From Macrostomum hystrix (lineage: Eukaryota; Animalia; Platyhelminthes), in NCBI GenBank assembly GCA_950097015.1, contig CATNEN010000039.1, positions 5,022,001-5,086,000 on the forward strand: a stretch of 64,000 nucleotides of DNA. The letters are read 5' to 3'. The position numbers and the translations under genes are program-made. The stretch's first letter is position 1; each line of letters starts with the position of its first letter. Under the pieces are notes generated by a model. The model did no database searches and had not been told where the DNA came from. It saw only the letters and a list, made by a program, of their open reading frames with translations. Positions 1-11,412 of this stretch are shown in pieces.

Positions 1-1752
1 TGAGGTGCCGCCGCACAGGACCTCCGCAAGTGCCAGATAAAAAAGCTCAACTATTTCGACGGCAAAAGTGAGCGTCACTCCAAGCGTCAGAGTGCCGATT
101 CCGCCCAGCCGGCTGACTAGCGCACTCAGCGAGATGACGGGCTTCTCAGATTTTTGCGTTGTGACGAAGGTCTCCCTCACAATGGTCACCATCGCCATGC
201 CTTCATCGGAAGCAGAACGAGCGTCGGTCCAATTTCCATCAGCACCATCGGTAAAGAATTCATTCAGCAGGTTTGTGTCCTCCGGCGTAGGTTCGATCTC
301 GCTGCTCAAGATGGCTGTGACGCGCTTCATCCAGTGCAACTGCGACCCCAGCGGACGCCAGTCGCTGTTCGATTGCTCGATCTTGGGATTCGGGTGTGGA
401 TCGAGTAATTAATTGCATGGTTCAATTGATGCAGCGGATTAGTAACTAATCTGATATGAAGCACGTGCACATGCAGTATCTCCTCCAAGGGATCATTGAC
501 ATTGTGATTTCTATGGCTTGGCATGCTATAAAAAGCGAACGTCATTTTAACATCGTCGAAAGCTTACTGAATATCGCCATCGAATGCATCGCTGACGGCA
601 GGCAGTATCATCGCCGGGCTCCGAGTAGACCCTCTCCAGGCTGATGTTCCTGGCGCATGCAATCCTCGCCAGCATCAAATCAGCCGCAGCCACGCCGTCG
701 CCTTCAGGTAGGCGGCTGCAGAACGGCTTGGTGGCTTCTGGCGGTCGAGGATTCAGATGAAACGCCGACGTACAGTTGCAGTGCTGAGAAATGAACTGGC
801 TGATTTGCTGTGCAATACAGGAGCTCTGTGTGTAACGAAAGTCGATCTCGCCATTCTGCGTAATTCGCGGCGCCGCGTGCATTATCTCGCCGGAGTGCAT
901 GCAGTCAGTCTTCGGGCTCTGGTAGCTAACGTGCCGCTCAGTGGTGTAGCGGATTGTACTGGCAGTGCCCAGCTGCACCCTGTACTGCTCTGCATCCGTG
1001 TCCGGATAAGTTCCGGGCTCATGCAGAACAATCACCAGACCAGCCGCTTGGTCAAACAGATTGTACACCTGATCACTAAGACCATTTTCAATTTGACCGC
1101 CACCGGAGATCACCATGGAGACACTGCTGACGTAGTTGGGATCCTTAGCCACCTCTAGTGTGTAGCAATTAAAGTAGAGCGGGTGCTGGATACGCCTGAC
1201 GCGGTGCTGGCAGGAGTCCTCGTGAGCCACAGACGGATTCGTGTTGTGGCTGTGGCGCATCACGCAGAACAGCAGCAGGTCGCTCTGCTCGTGGCCCAGC
1301 AGGGCGATCTGGTCTCGCTCCAAGCTCTGGTAGTATCCGGACAGCCGGTCGCTCTGGAAGACCTCCCGGGCGTCCTTGTAGCGGCCCTGGGCCAGCAGGT
1401 CACGCATGACGCCACGAACTCGGCTAGAAAAGTTTGCCGGACTTGGCGCGGTGCCGTTCGACCACAGGCTGACGGCGCGACGGCTGAACGGCTGGTGCGA
1501 GCAGATCGTGACGCTGGGGAACGGACTCGGATGCTTCACCAGCTGGTCCGTCTGCTGGCTGACGTGGTACTGGAAGTATTCGAACACCAGCGAGTAGCAG
1601 CTCAGGCAGAGCACGCAGAGCATGCTCAGGATAAAAGCGGCCCACAGCAGGCGCTGGAAGGGCCTCTGGTCGGGTCTGGCCAGCTTGGCGAAGCCTCTCA
1701 AACTGGTGCTGGCGATGAACAACCGGAGGATCTTGCCCACCCGGCTCGGCAT
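1..1752 (-). CDS. DEG/ENaC (amiloride-sensitive sodium channel/ASIC superfamily) subunit, 3' end runs off the window
   Basis: Exon 1752-568 has TM1 (LLWAAFILSMLCVLCLSCYSLV), FPSVTIC, HPLYFNCYT and a Cys-rich thumb (YTQSSC...CNC...C...CRQRC). Donor TCA|GTAAGC at 567 and acceptor CCCAAG|ATC at 382 join in phase 0 to exon 381-<1, which reads IEQSNSDWRP...EKPVISLSALVSRLGGIGTLTLGVTLTFAVEIVELF (TM2). ATG at 1752; an in-frame acceptor CATAG|TCG at ~1798 allows an alternative 5' end. Confidence 0.9.
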
Positions 1753-2355
1753 GACTGCGAGAGAGCTGCTGTCCGTGTGGCTCTCTGCTCGCAACGACTA
1801 TGCGGCTATGAGACAGCAGTGCAGTCCCGTCTCTATTGCTTCCTAGCGATCGAGCTGATTTATATCGACTTTAGCTATTTGATGATACAGAGTAAACGGT
1901 TAAATCTGATTGGCTCGCACAAAACACACCGTCTCGAGCTCGCGAACCCTGAGTAGTTCCGGATGTCCGAGAATATCAAACAAATTTTCTGTTTGAAAAA
2001 TCGCCCTCCGCACGAGAACACGAAAATTACAGACTTTTCTTCCAAAGAAACCGAAAAACCATTAAAATGGTAATTAAAGAAAACAGGAGCGTTACAATGA
2101 CATAAAAATATTCGCCTCTGATTTTAATTACCTAATCAAAAGTACTAAAAAGCTATTTTATATGATTTAGTCATTTGAATTTCGTGATAGACTTCGTCAT
2201 TCGTCACTGTTTGAATTTTCGCCACTATTTTTAGTGATAGACTTTCTCGTCAACTTTGCGAGCCCATTTACGATTACGATATTTTTCGATACGATTACGA
2301 GTAGCGCAGACAGAGAACGAGGCGGTGGCTCGGGCGGTAGCACTGCAGGGTAAAG

Positions 2356-2393
2356 CCGGAAGTGTGCCGGTTTGAAGAGTGGCCTCTATAAAA
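2356..2393 (+). promoter_or_regulatory. Possible promoter elements (ETS-like CCGGAAGTG and TATAAAA) in a CpG-enriched patch
   Basis: CCGGAAGTG at 2356-2364 and TATAAAA at 2387-2393; motif match only, no transcript evidence. Confidence 0.2.
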
Positions 2394-2611
2394 TAATTTG
2401 GCTACTATCAGACTGACAAAACTTCCGAAACATATACTAATCGATGGATAGTAAGTGCGGGATAATAAAGAGAGCAGGAAAACGAAGCCGCTGTAGCGCT
2501 CTGAATATCGCTTGTCATTTCAGTCTGCAATTCCGAAAACTGGTACCCGATCGGCTGCTATTGCCAGAGTCGATAATGCAGAGTTTGCCCTATTGGTTCA
2601 CGATTTTTGGT

Positions 2612-2910
2612 TTTACAGACGGCTGTGGGAACTGGCACATCAGTTAATGACAGTAGAACTGCAGCCAGCAAGGCGATTCTGCCAATTCTGCTGACTCCTG
2701 AGCACTCAAGCAGGTGTGCACATCTGCCACCCTGACTTCTTCATCGTTTCACAGTTCGAGGTTGGCCCTAAAGGGCGTAAATTGCACGACAAGTCCCCAA
2801 GCTTTGTCTCCGCGGCTGCGGCCCCAAATGAAAGTGGCCTCGCCGCGGAATCGAGCTCAGGGACCTTGGTGCGAGAGGCAAACGCGTTAGACCACTCTGC
2901 CATTTTTCCC
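2612..2910 (-). mobile_element. SINE family A copy (tRNA-derived), internally deleted
   Basis: Reverse complement starts TGGCAGAGTGGTCTAACGCGTTTGCCTCTCGCACCAAGGTCCCTGAGCTCGATTCC (A/B boxes) and matches the other family A copies. Confidence 0.85.
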
Positions 2911-3063
2911 TCTCTTTTTCTATCGACTCTTGACAATCATGTACTGAAGATGGGTAGACACAAATTCATTTCTTTCAGTTTTAAGGTTACATTACTATTG
3001 GAATCGCTTTGGTCATGTAAAACTGCCTTTCAAAGTGTTATGTTGAGCTAAGAAGGTCTGGAG

Positions 3064-3430
3064 GGGGTGAGTGCCTGAGTGGTAAACGCGTTTGCCTCTC
3101 GCACCGAGGTCCCTGAGTTCGATTCTGCGGCGAGGCCAAATTCATTTCGGGCGCAGCCACGGAGAGAAGGATTGGGAGCTTGTCGTGCAACTTTCGCCAT
3201 TGAAGACCAACCTCCAAGTCACATTGAGAGTGTTCACAGCCTGACGATGAGAAAGTCAGGGCAGATGTACACACCTGTGTGAGCGTGTGCCTGCGTACAG
3301 TATCTGTGTGCATGTGTGCTCAGGAGTCACCGAAATGAGCTGAATTGCCTCCACGCTGGCTGCGGGTCAAGTGTCACCAAATGATGCACCATTGCCCGCA
3401 GCCCTCCTGCAATTATCATTCATTATTTAT
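3064..3430 (+). mobile_element. SINE family A, full length (~365 bp)
   Basis: GGGGTGAG head, B box GTTCGATTC, family body, ATT-rich tail; flanked by a 13/15 duplication TAAGAAGGTCTGGAG (3049-3063) / TAAGGACGTCTGGAG (3431-3445). Confidence 0.9.
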
Positions 3431-3600
3431 TAAGGACGTCTGGAGTTCGAATCGCAGCCCAGAGAAGCAGTTGTGTTCTTGAGCAACAAGAAAATAATCT
3501 CCATATTGCTCAAGGTCTCCCAGCTGTAAAATGTTTACCAACTGTCTGTGGCAGAAATTAGAGCGCGTCCATGGACTGACCAGCTGTACTATACGGCAGC
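3431..3600 (+). mobile_element. SINE family B (CORE-like) degenerate copy directly downstream of SINE-A
   Basis: GGAGTTCGAATC B box, TGTGTTCTTGAGCAA...CCCAGCTGTAAAATG core and CCATGGACTGACCAGCTGTAC tail shared with the 40381-40679 copy. Confidence 0.7.
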
Positions 3601-4124
3601 AGAAAAGCGGCTATACTAAAATTTGGTATCTGGAACATTTCGAGCTGGATCTGAAGAATTGGTTAGGCTATAAACAAAAATGAATGAAAAGAAATCAGAA
3701 ATTCAACTTGAAGTTTTGCATAGAGGTAAATAATCGGAATTAAGGAATGCTTTAATGAGCGATGAAAATGTAAACAAAATAGTGTGCGAATTCGTTAACC
3801 GTTTATTTTCGACAAACAGTTTAATCAGGCAAATACAAAATCTAAAATTAGTGGAAGGATAGAATCTATATTCAAGAATGTGCTATAAAATCTAACTACT
3901 AACCAACAGTAGCTTGGAAGAATGTAGGTAAAGAAAACTTTATAACGAAAGAACCAATCAAAAGATAGCTAGCACACAGACACTTTGCTAACGACAGATA
4001 GTAATAGAGTGCAGGGCGGCTCTACTGTCTATGGCCAGAGCTGAGATCACCTCAGAAAAAACGCCGATTTAAACTGCGGTTACGACACAGAACCTGCTTT
4101 TAGCTCTGTGGTTAAGATCGCTCT

Positions 4125-4555
4125 GTTACGATTCCAGCTAGAGTTCCTGCTTCCTGCTTCGATTCCAGATACGAGTACAGCTAACGTTCCTGCTTCGATT
4201 CTACCTACGATTCCAGCTATTGTTCCTGCTTCGATTCTACCTACGATTCCAGCTAGTGTTCCTGCTTCGATTCTACCTACGATTCCAGCTAGTGTTCCTG
4301 CTTCGATTCTACCTACGATTCCAGCTAGTGTTCCTGCTTCGATTCTACCTACGATTCCAGCTAGCGTTCCTGCTACGATTCCAGCTAGCGTTCCTGCTAC
4401 GATTCCAGCTAGCGTTCCTGCTACGATTCCAGCTAGCGTTCCTGCTACGATTCCAGCTAGTGTTCCTGCTACGATTCCAGCTAGCGTTCTTGCTACGATT
4501 CCAGCTAGAGTTCCAGCTTCGTTTCCAGCTACGATTTCAGCTTCAGTTCCAGCTT
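4125..4555. repeat. Minisatellite, 36-bp grading into 24-bp units (GTTCCTGCTACGATTCCAGCTAGC)
   Basis: Direct tandem periodicity; explains ORFs 4108..4596 and 4220..4558. Confidence 0.95.
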
Positions 4556-4927
4556 TGATTCTTGCAAACAGAAGACAGTACAGGCTCCTGATTTAAGATA
4601 TTCTTTGAAAATTCGGGGGGATGTGTAAGTTGACCTACAGACTCTTGTGACAGTGCAAATAGTGCATTGTGCCTGCAGAATATAAAAAAATTGTTTCTTA
4701 TAAACAAAAAAGCAAAAAAACAGAAAGAAAATCCAAAAACAGCAAAAAGCAAAAAATTCAAAAACAGAAAATTATTTTTTTGCAAAAATTCTTTAAAAAG
4801 TCTGTGAGAACAAATACCCATCGATGATGCCATTTGAATCTGATAAAAAGAGTGGAAATTGAGCAGCAGTTGAGCTTGGGGGAGGTGGTCAAAGGCAGCT
4901 CCTTTGGTGGCCTAAGCTACTGAAAAG

Positions 4928-7900
4928 TCAGAGAAAGCTGATGCCGAAAATTCGAGTGTCGTCGTGCTCTCCGAGGTAGTCGGCGGTGTCACCGTTGCCC
5001 AGCAGTCGGTTGACAATCCGTCGTCGGTCGGGCAGGTTCGGGCAGAGCGTGGGCAGCAGGCTGGGCGGCAGCGGCAGCCGGCCGACGCAGCCCCGGCGGC
5101 AGCGGGAGGCCACGGCGCGGCAGCACAGCTCGGCGAGGGTCGAGACGGCCGAGCCGCTGAAGGTGTAGTCACCGGCATTTTCGACCGAGTCCAGCTGGCT
5201 GTGCGGCGGCAGACGCCAGAGGCGAACAGAGCCCGACGAGCTGGCCGCGGCAAGGACTTCTTCGGTGTCAGCGAAGGCCAGAGAGATGACAGACGCGGTG
5301 GCGGCTGCCTCGGTGGAGTTTGAGTCCAAAATCTGCAGCTGTATCAAACTGCAGCAGGAAAAGTACACAAGATAGAGACTTGTACACTGTACAGATCTTT
5401 ACACAAGATAAAGATCTGTACACAAGATAAAGATACGTACACAAGATAAAGATCTGTACATAGATAGAGATCTGCACCTCTGTAAAATTTAAAGTACGCG
5501 GATGAAATCCAGGTACAGTGAAACTTACCTGACACAAATTCCAGTTGTGGCCGCAGAGTTCTCTTCATCACTTTTACTTCCGCCGTCACTGGTGCCGCCG
5601 TTTCGCCCACGCTGTCGCTGGCAGATGAAGCGATAGACGCGAATAAGACCGCTTCGACAGCCGACAGCGAGTAGACGTCCTGAGCTGCTGAACTGAACTA
5701 CCTCGGGCAGATCAACTTCGCCTTCGGTGCCGCCGTCCTCGCCGTCCGCGCTGTCCTCGCCCTTCGTCATTGGCACTCGCAACAACCGGCGATACTTGGC
5801 TAATTGCTCTCTATCGGGCCCGCCGAGGCTCTCCTGATCCTTTTCGTCACGGCTAGCGTTCTCGGCATCGTGGTTGTCAATGCCGGCGCTGACGAAGCCG
5901 CCGACGATATCGAGAAAACCCGAAGCATTGCCCAGTGCCACAATGCTGCGACACCTTTAAGGCGTTAAAGTTGCGAAGAATTTGGAAAATCCATGCGACG
6001 CATGACCAATCATGACCAATATGACCAATCAGAGAATACTCTGACCAATCAGAGAATACTCTGACCAATCAGAGGATACTCTGACCAATCAGAGGATACT
6101 CTGACCAATCAGAGGATACTCTGACCAATCAGAGAATACTCTGACCAATCAGAGAATACTCTGACCAATCAATAGAAGCGTCAGAAAAAGATTAGCGCAA
6201 ACCTTAAGCTGGGAGGTCGTCTAAAGCCGTCCTCGGACGCCTCTTCGTCGTCTAGCTCGTCCTCCCAAGGCAGCTGTCCGACTGCTTCTTCCGGATCGGC
6301 CGGCCAGAAGGCGAACGCGCGCGGCGACGACAAAGCGGCGGTGTCGGATACGCTTCCGGCATTGCCGATTGCAGGTCGATGGCACCATTCCAGGGCCAGG
6401 CAGCTGCCACCTGAACCGGAGTCCGAGCAGCTGTCCGCTCTCTGCCGCGAACGTCGCACAAGCAGCAGCACTCCGTAGTGGCCGGTGGAGGTGGCAAAGC
6501 CGACGCGGCGACCGTCCCAGGACCATGCGCAGTGGCCGGTCTCCGTGTAGGTTCGGCCAAGTCGCAGGCAGGGAATCAGGCGGCTGAGCCGCAACTGGCG
6601 GGGGAGAAATTTTGGCACAATTTATCACCGGACAAAAGATCCACCTGAAAATCATTGCCTAAATTCGGGATTCATTTTGAGATCAGAAATCCCATCCAAA
6701 GAGAACCTATGCTATGAGTAAGAAATCCAATCCAGATAATCCGATAATTATCAGGATTGAGTATCAGAATATCCAGGTCCCTGAGCTCGATTCCACGGCG
6801 AGGCCACATTCATTTAGGGATGCTGCCGCAGAGAGAAGGCTTGGGGGCTTGTAGTGAAATACCTCCAAGGCGCAGTGAGATTGTGCAATGCCGGACTATG
6901 AGAAAGTCAGGGCAGATGTACACACCTGCGTGAGCGTGTGCCTGCGTACAGTAACTGTGTGCGCGAGTGCTCAGGAGTCAGCGAAATGGGCACAATTGCC
7001 TCTGTGGGTCTAGTGTCGCCGAATGATGTGCCATTGCCCGCAGCCCTCCTGCAGTTAATATTATTAAAGATAAATTTCAAATATCGAAAAGGCAAGGTCC
7101 TGAGTTCGATACCCCCTAGCCATAGTCCGCAGTTGTCGCTCACCTCATTCTCCACAACAGACATGGAATGCAGCTGGACAATTCTCAGGTGGAAGCTGTT
7201 AGACAGTCGCACCAGAGTCAGAACCCGGGCACCACTAGGCGAGACGGCGACACTCTTGACCACTTCACCCATGTTGAGTTTGCCAGAGCTCACAACCCGA
7301 TGCAGCCCGTTGACGGCGGGCAGCGACAGGTCGACCAGACCGAGGCCCTGGTCGCCGGCGAAGCAAACGGACAGTCGGGACGGATGAAGGCCGATGCAGC
7401 AGGGGTAGCACGTCGACTGCAGGCGAGGCAGCAGGCTGCAGGCTGAGCAGAAGGGGCCAAAGCTAAATGAGGAGCTGATCACTGACAAGCTGCATGACCT
7501 ACTCACTGACTAGCTGCATGACCTACTCACTGACTAGCTGCATGACCTACTCACTGACTAGCTGCATGACCTACTCACTGACAAGCTGCATGACCTACTC
7601 ACTGACTAGCTGCATGACCTACTCACTGACTAGCTGCATGACTTTCTCACTGACTAGCTGCATGACATACTCACTGACTAGCTGCATGACCTACTCACTG
7701 ACTAGCTGCATGACCTACTCACTGACAAGCTGCATGACCTACTCACTGACTAGCTGCATGACCTACTCACTGACTAGCTGCATGACATACTCACTGACTA
7801 GCTGCATGACCTACTCACTGACAAGCTGCATGACCTACTCACTGACTAGCTGCTTGACATACTCACTGACAAGCTGCATGACCTACTCACTGACTAGCTG

Positions 7901-8964
7901 CACGACCTACTCACTGACTAGCTGCATGACCTACTCACTGACTAGCTGCATGACCTACTCACTGACAAGCTGCATGACATACTCACTGACTAGCTGCACG
8001 ACCTACTCACTGACTAGCTGCATGACCTACTCACTGACAAGCTGCATGACATACTCACTGACTAGCTGCATGACCTACTCACTGACTAGCTGCATGACCT
8101 ACTCACTGACTAGCTGCATGACCTACTCACTGACTAGCTGCATGACCTACTCACTGACTAGCTGCATGACCTACTCACTGACAGGCTGCATGACCTACTC
8201 ACTGACTAGCTGCATGACCTACTCACTGACTAGCTGCATGACCTACTCACTGACAAGCTGCATGACCTACTCACTGACAAGCTGCATGACCTACTCACTG
8301 ACTAGCTGCATGACCTACTCACTGACTAGCTGCATGACCTACTCACTGAAAAGCTGCATGACATACTCACTGACAAGCTGCATGACCTACTCACAGACTA
8401 GCTGCATGACCAACTCAATCATTAGCTGCATGACTAAGGCCTGAGATTCGAACTTCAGACCTCTCGGCCAGGAGTCTGAAAACCGAGCCTCTTGGTTACA
8501 AGCTTCCCTTTTAGCTTAGCTAGAAAGCAGCTGCTCACAAACTGGCAGCAACCTAGCATTGGGAATGAGTCAGGTGGACACTTACAAATGCGCTGACGTG
8601 AGTCGATTCGCCAGACGCCGATGCTGCCACCTGACAGGTGCTGATTGACAGGCGCAGGTGTCATGCCGGTCCGAGGAAAATGAGCAGCAAAGCTGGCGAT
8701 AATTCGCCTCTCAGATCTGGGTGCGAAGTGCAGATCGATGGACCACAGCAGCTGGCTGCTCGAGTCGACTGGTACATTGCGTTGAAAGTGCTCAGCAGAT
8801 GGCAGCGTCAAGAAGTTGACGAGCTGAGTCCAAACTGGAGGCAGGCTGCTGCCGTAGTTGAACGGCTCCAAGCTGACGTTCGGCTGGCCGACATCAGCGA
8901 CTCGACGCTTGCCAGTCTGCGACCGGATGTCCGAGTCGTCGACAACAGACAGTCGGGCGCCCAT
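4928..8964 (-). CDS. WD40-repeat and SOCS box protein (WSB-like Cullin5 substrate adaptor), 5 coding exons
   Basis: Exons 8964-8586, 7442-7144, 6594-6203, 5954-5529 and 5348-4928 are all GT-AG and phase-consistent. WD40-like strands: VKSVAVSPSGARVLT, CAWSWDGRRVGFAT, VQFSSSGRLLAVGCRSGLIRVY, VISLAFADTEEVLAAASSSGSVRLWRL. C-terminal SOCS box: STLAELCCRAV (BC box) ... LPLPPSL (Cul5 box). Confidence 0.8.
5363..5475. repeat. Short intronic minisatellite (~19-bp TACACAAGATAAAGATCTG)
   Basis: About 5-6 imperfect tandem copies in the last intron of the WSB-like gene. Confidence 0.8.
6003..6172. repeat. Intronic 20-bp minisatellite CTGACCAATCAGAG(A/G)ATACT
   Basis: About 8 tandem copies, each containing CCAAT. 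Confidence 0.95.
6773..7065 (+). mobile_element. SINE family A, 5'-truncated, in intron of WSB-like gene
   Basis: GGTCCCTGAGCTCGATTCC...GAGAAAGTCAGGGCAGATGTACACACCTG...CCCGCAGCCCTCCTGCAG matches the family. Confidence 0.85.
7478..8435. repeat. Intronic 24-bp minisatellite CACTGACTAGCTGCATGACCTACT (~39 copies)
   Basis: Near-perfect tandem array filling most of intron 1 of the WSB-like gene; source of ORF 7494..8444. Confidence 0.97.
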
Positions 8965-9204
8965 CAGACAAGTCTGTCGGAATAGAGCTTTGGCTGCTAG
9001 ACACTTCCGTTACTTTTAGCACTGCGTTACTTTTTTACTGTCGAAGACAGTGATTGCTAGCATTTCTTTTTATACCAAGGCATCAGATTAGCGGGTGGTG
9101 CCTCCAGGCCCTTCGCGGGACTTCGCCGACCACGACGTCAAGCCTTGAAAACTGCCGCTCTGAAGTTAGTTGATAAAATCATGAGTTTAAATATTTCCTA
9201 ATTA

Positions 9205-9828
9205 ACTGGCTAATGCTGCAGCTAACACACTGGCTAATGCAGCAGCTAACACACTGGCTAATGCAGCAGCTAACACACTGGCTAATGCTGCAGCGAACAC
9301 ACTGGCTAATGCAGCAGCTAACACACTGGCTAATGCAGCAGCTAACACACTGGCTAATGCAGCAGCTAACACACTGGCTAATGCAGCAGCTAACACACTG
9401 GCTAATGCAGCAGCTAACACACTGGCTAATGCAGCAGCTAACACACTGGCTAATGCAGCAGCTAACACACTGGCTAATGCAGCAGCTAACACACTGGCTA
9501 ATGCAGCAGCTAACACACTGGCTAATGCAGCAGCTAACACACTGGCTAATGCAGCAGCTAACACACTGGCTAATGCAGCAGCTAACACACTGGCTAATGC
9601 AGCAGCTAACACACTGGCTAATGCAGCAGCTAACACACTGGCTAATGCTGCAGCTAACACACTGGCTAATGCAGCAGCTAACACACTGGCTAATGCAGCA
9701 GCTAACACACTGGCTAATGCAGCAGCTAACACACTGGCTAATGCAGCAGCTAACACACTGGCTAATGCAGCAGCTAACACACTGGCTAATGCAGCAGCTA
9801 ACACACTGGCTAATGCAGCAGCTAGCAC
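9205..9828. repeat. 24-bp minisatellite ACTGGCTAATGCAGCAGCTAACAC (~26 copies)
   Basis: Near-perfect tandem array. Confidence 0.97.
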
Positions 9829-10967
9829 AATGCCTACTGGCATATCAAGAAAGTGTAATATGACATGCCAATGAAACTTATGCCAAAAGACACCTTTCGC
9901 TACATTTTATTTTGTGTTAATTGTTTCGATGATTTCTCAAAACAAATAAATTTAAATGAGCTTGTTTCTCAGGCTGTCTGCAAATATGACCTCTGCTTCT
10001 AAATGAGACGAGAAGCATGTACAGACAGAGCATATATTAAAGTAAGTTAAAAATACTAAAAAACTAAAAAAAGAACTGAAAAAACACGAATCATAACAAA
10101 GCTGGGCTGTTCATGTTAGTTTGATAGGAACAAAAAAACTAAAGTTGGGAATACAATTGTTGACCGGTAAAAATGCAAGCAACTCCAGTGTGTCAGTAGA
10201 TTCTTTAATATTTATTTGAACTTGCTCTACTCACAGTAGAATATTTTTATAGTCGCAAATTCATTTGTTGAAATGAAAAATCACAAATAATATTATTAAA
10301 TAAGAGATTCAACGCAAAGAAAATACGAATGAAAATAATAATGAACGAGTTATTAAGCTGTTAAAAATGGTGCTGCAAATAGTTTTTGTTGGAATGGGTT
10401 TTTTAATGGCGCCAATAGTTAATAATTGATGACCAAGCCAGCATTATGTACATGTGCGTGCATGCGTACAGGTGTACACCATTAAGCATAACACAGTTAG
10501 GATGGGCATTAAAAAAGTAAAGGTTAGATAATAATTTTCTTGTTAAGATTCAAACAATTAAATTACTTGCAAATTAAATTAATTGTGGTGTCAGATAAAA
10601 ACTTGCAAATATTCTGCAAGTGTACGAAAACAACTGATGATAATAAGAAACAATGCTATAAAAGAATAGTATTTTTTAGAAAAAAAATTGTTTAATAAGG
10701 AATGGAAGCTTCGCTGTGTCAAGGTGAGTTACGCGTACATGTGTCGAAGCTATTAAAAATTACAATAAATTATCACAATTCCATAGTGTAAACTTACTTG
10801 TAAGAAATTTAGTGAATGGTTCAGATAATGAAGTATATTTTAGGTTGTAAACTTCAATTTGAGGTAACAGAATTTTATAATAATAGGTTTGTCGCCAGCT
10901 TTAGCGATTGCAAGTAAGGAACCTATGATATTGAATCACTTTCAGCTGTTAGACAGATAGTACAACG

Positions 10968-11412
10968 CGCTAACCTGTTAGACCTGTGTGCTAACCTGTT
11001 AGACCTGTGTGCTAACCTGTTAGACCTGTGTGCTAACCTGTTAGACCTGTGTGCTAACCTGTTAGACCTGTGTGCTAACCTGTTAGACCTGTGTGCTAAC
11101 CTGTTAGACCTGTGTGCTAACCTGTTAGAACTGTGTGCTAACCTGTTAGACCTGTGTGCTAACCTGTTAGACCTGTGTGCTAACCTGTTAGACCTGTGTG
11201 CTAACCTGTTAGACCTGTGTGCTAACCTGTTAGACCTGTGTGCTAACCTGTTAGACCTGTGTGCTAACCTGTTAGAACTGTGTGCTAACCTGTTAGACCT
11301 GTGTGCTAACCTGTTAGAACTGTGTGCTAACCTGTTAGACCTGTGTGCTAACCTGGTAGACAGATAGAATATTGTGCTAAAATGTTTGACCAGCGCGCTA
11401 ACCTGTTAGACA
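10968..11412. repeat. 21-bp minisatellite GCTAACCTGTTAGACCTGTGT
   Basis: About 19 near-perfect copies plus degenerate edges. Confidence 0.97.

Noticed and set aside
1183-1956. Plus-strand ORFs overlapping the DEG/ENaC, WSB-like, KANK, MRPL10 and SUGP1 exons, and minus-strand ORFs within 47671-49623
   Set aside because: These are antisense shadows of GC-rich coding exons with no recognisable domains.
3064-3140. tRNA genes at SINE heads (also 40600-40675 and others)
   Set aside because: A/B boxes are present, but the acceptor stems are not intact and each head continues into a repeated SINE body with tail and TSD.
3240-3350. Hammerhead ribozyme in SINE-A (CTGACGA...GAAA)
   Set aside because: Only 3 nt separate CTGACGA and GAAA, so there is no stem II. 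The motif sits in a simple hairpin, and the downstream CGAAA lacks a compatible stem II/III with a UH site.
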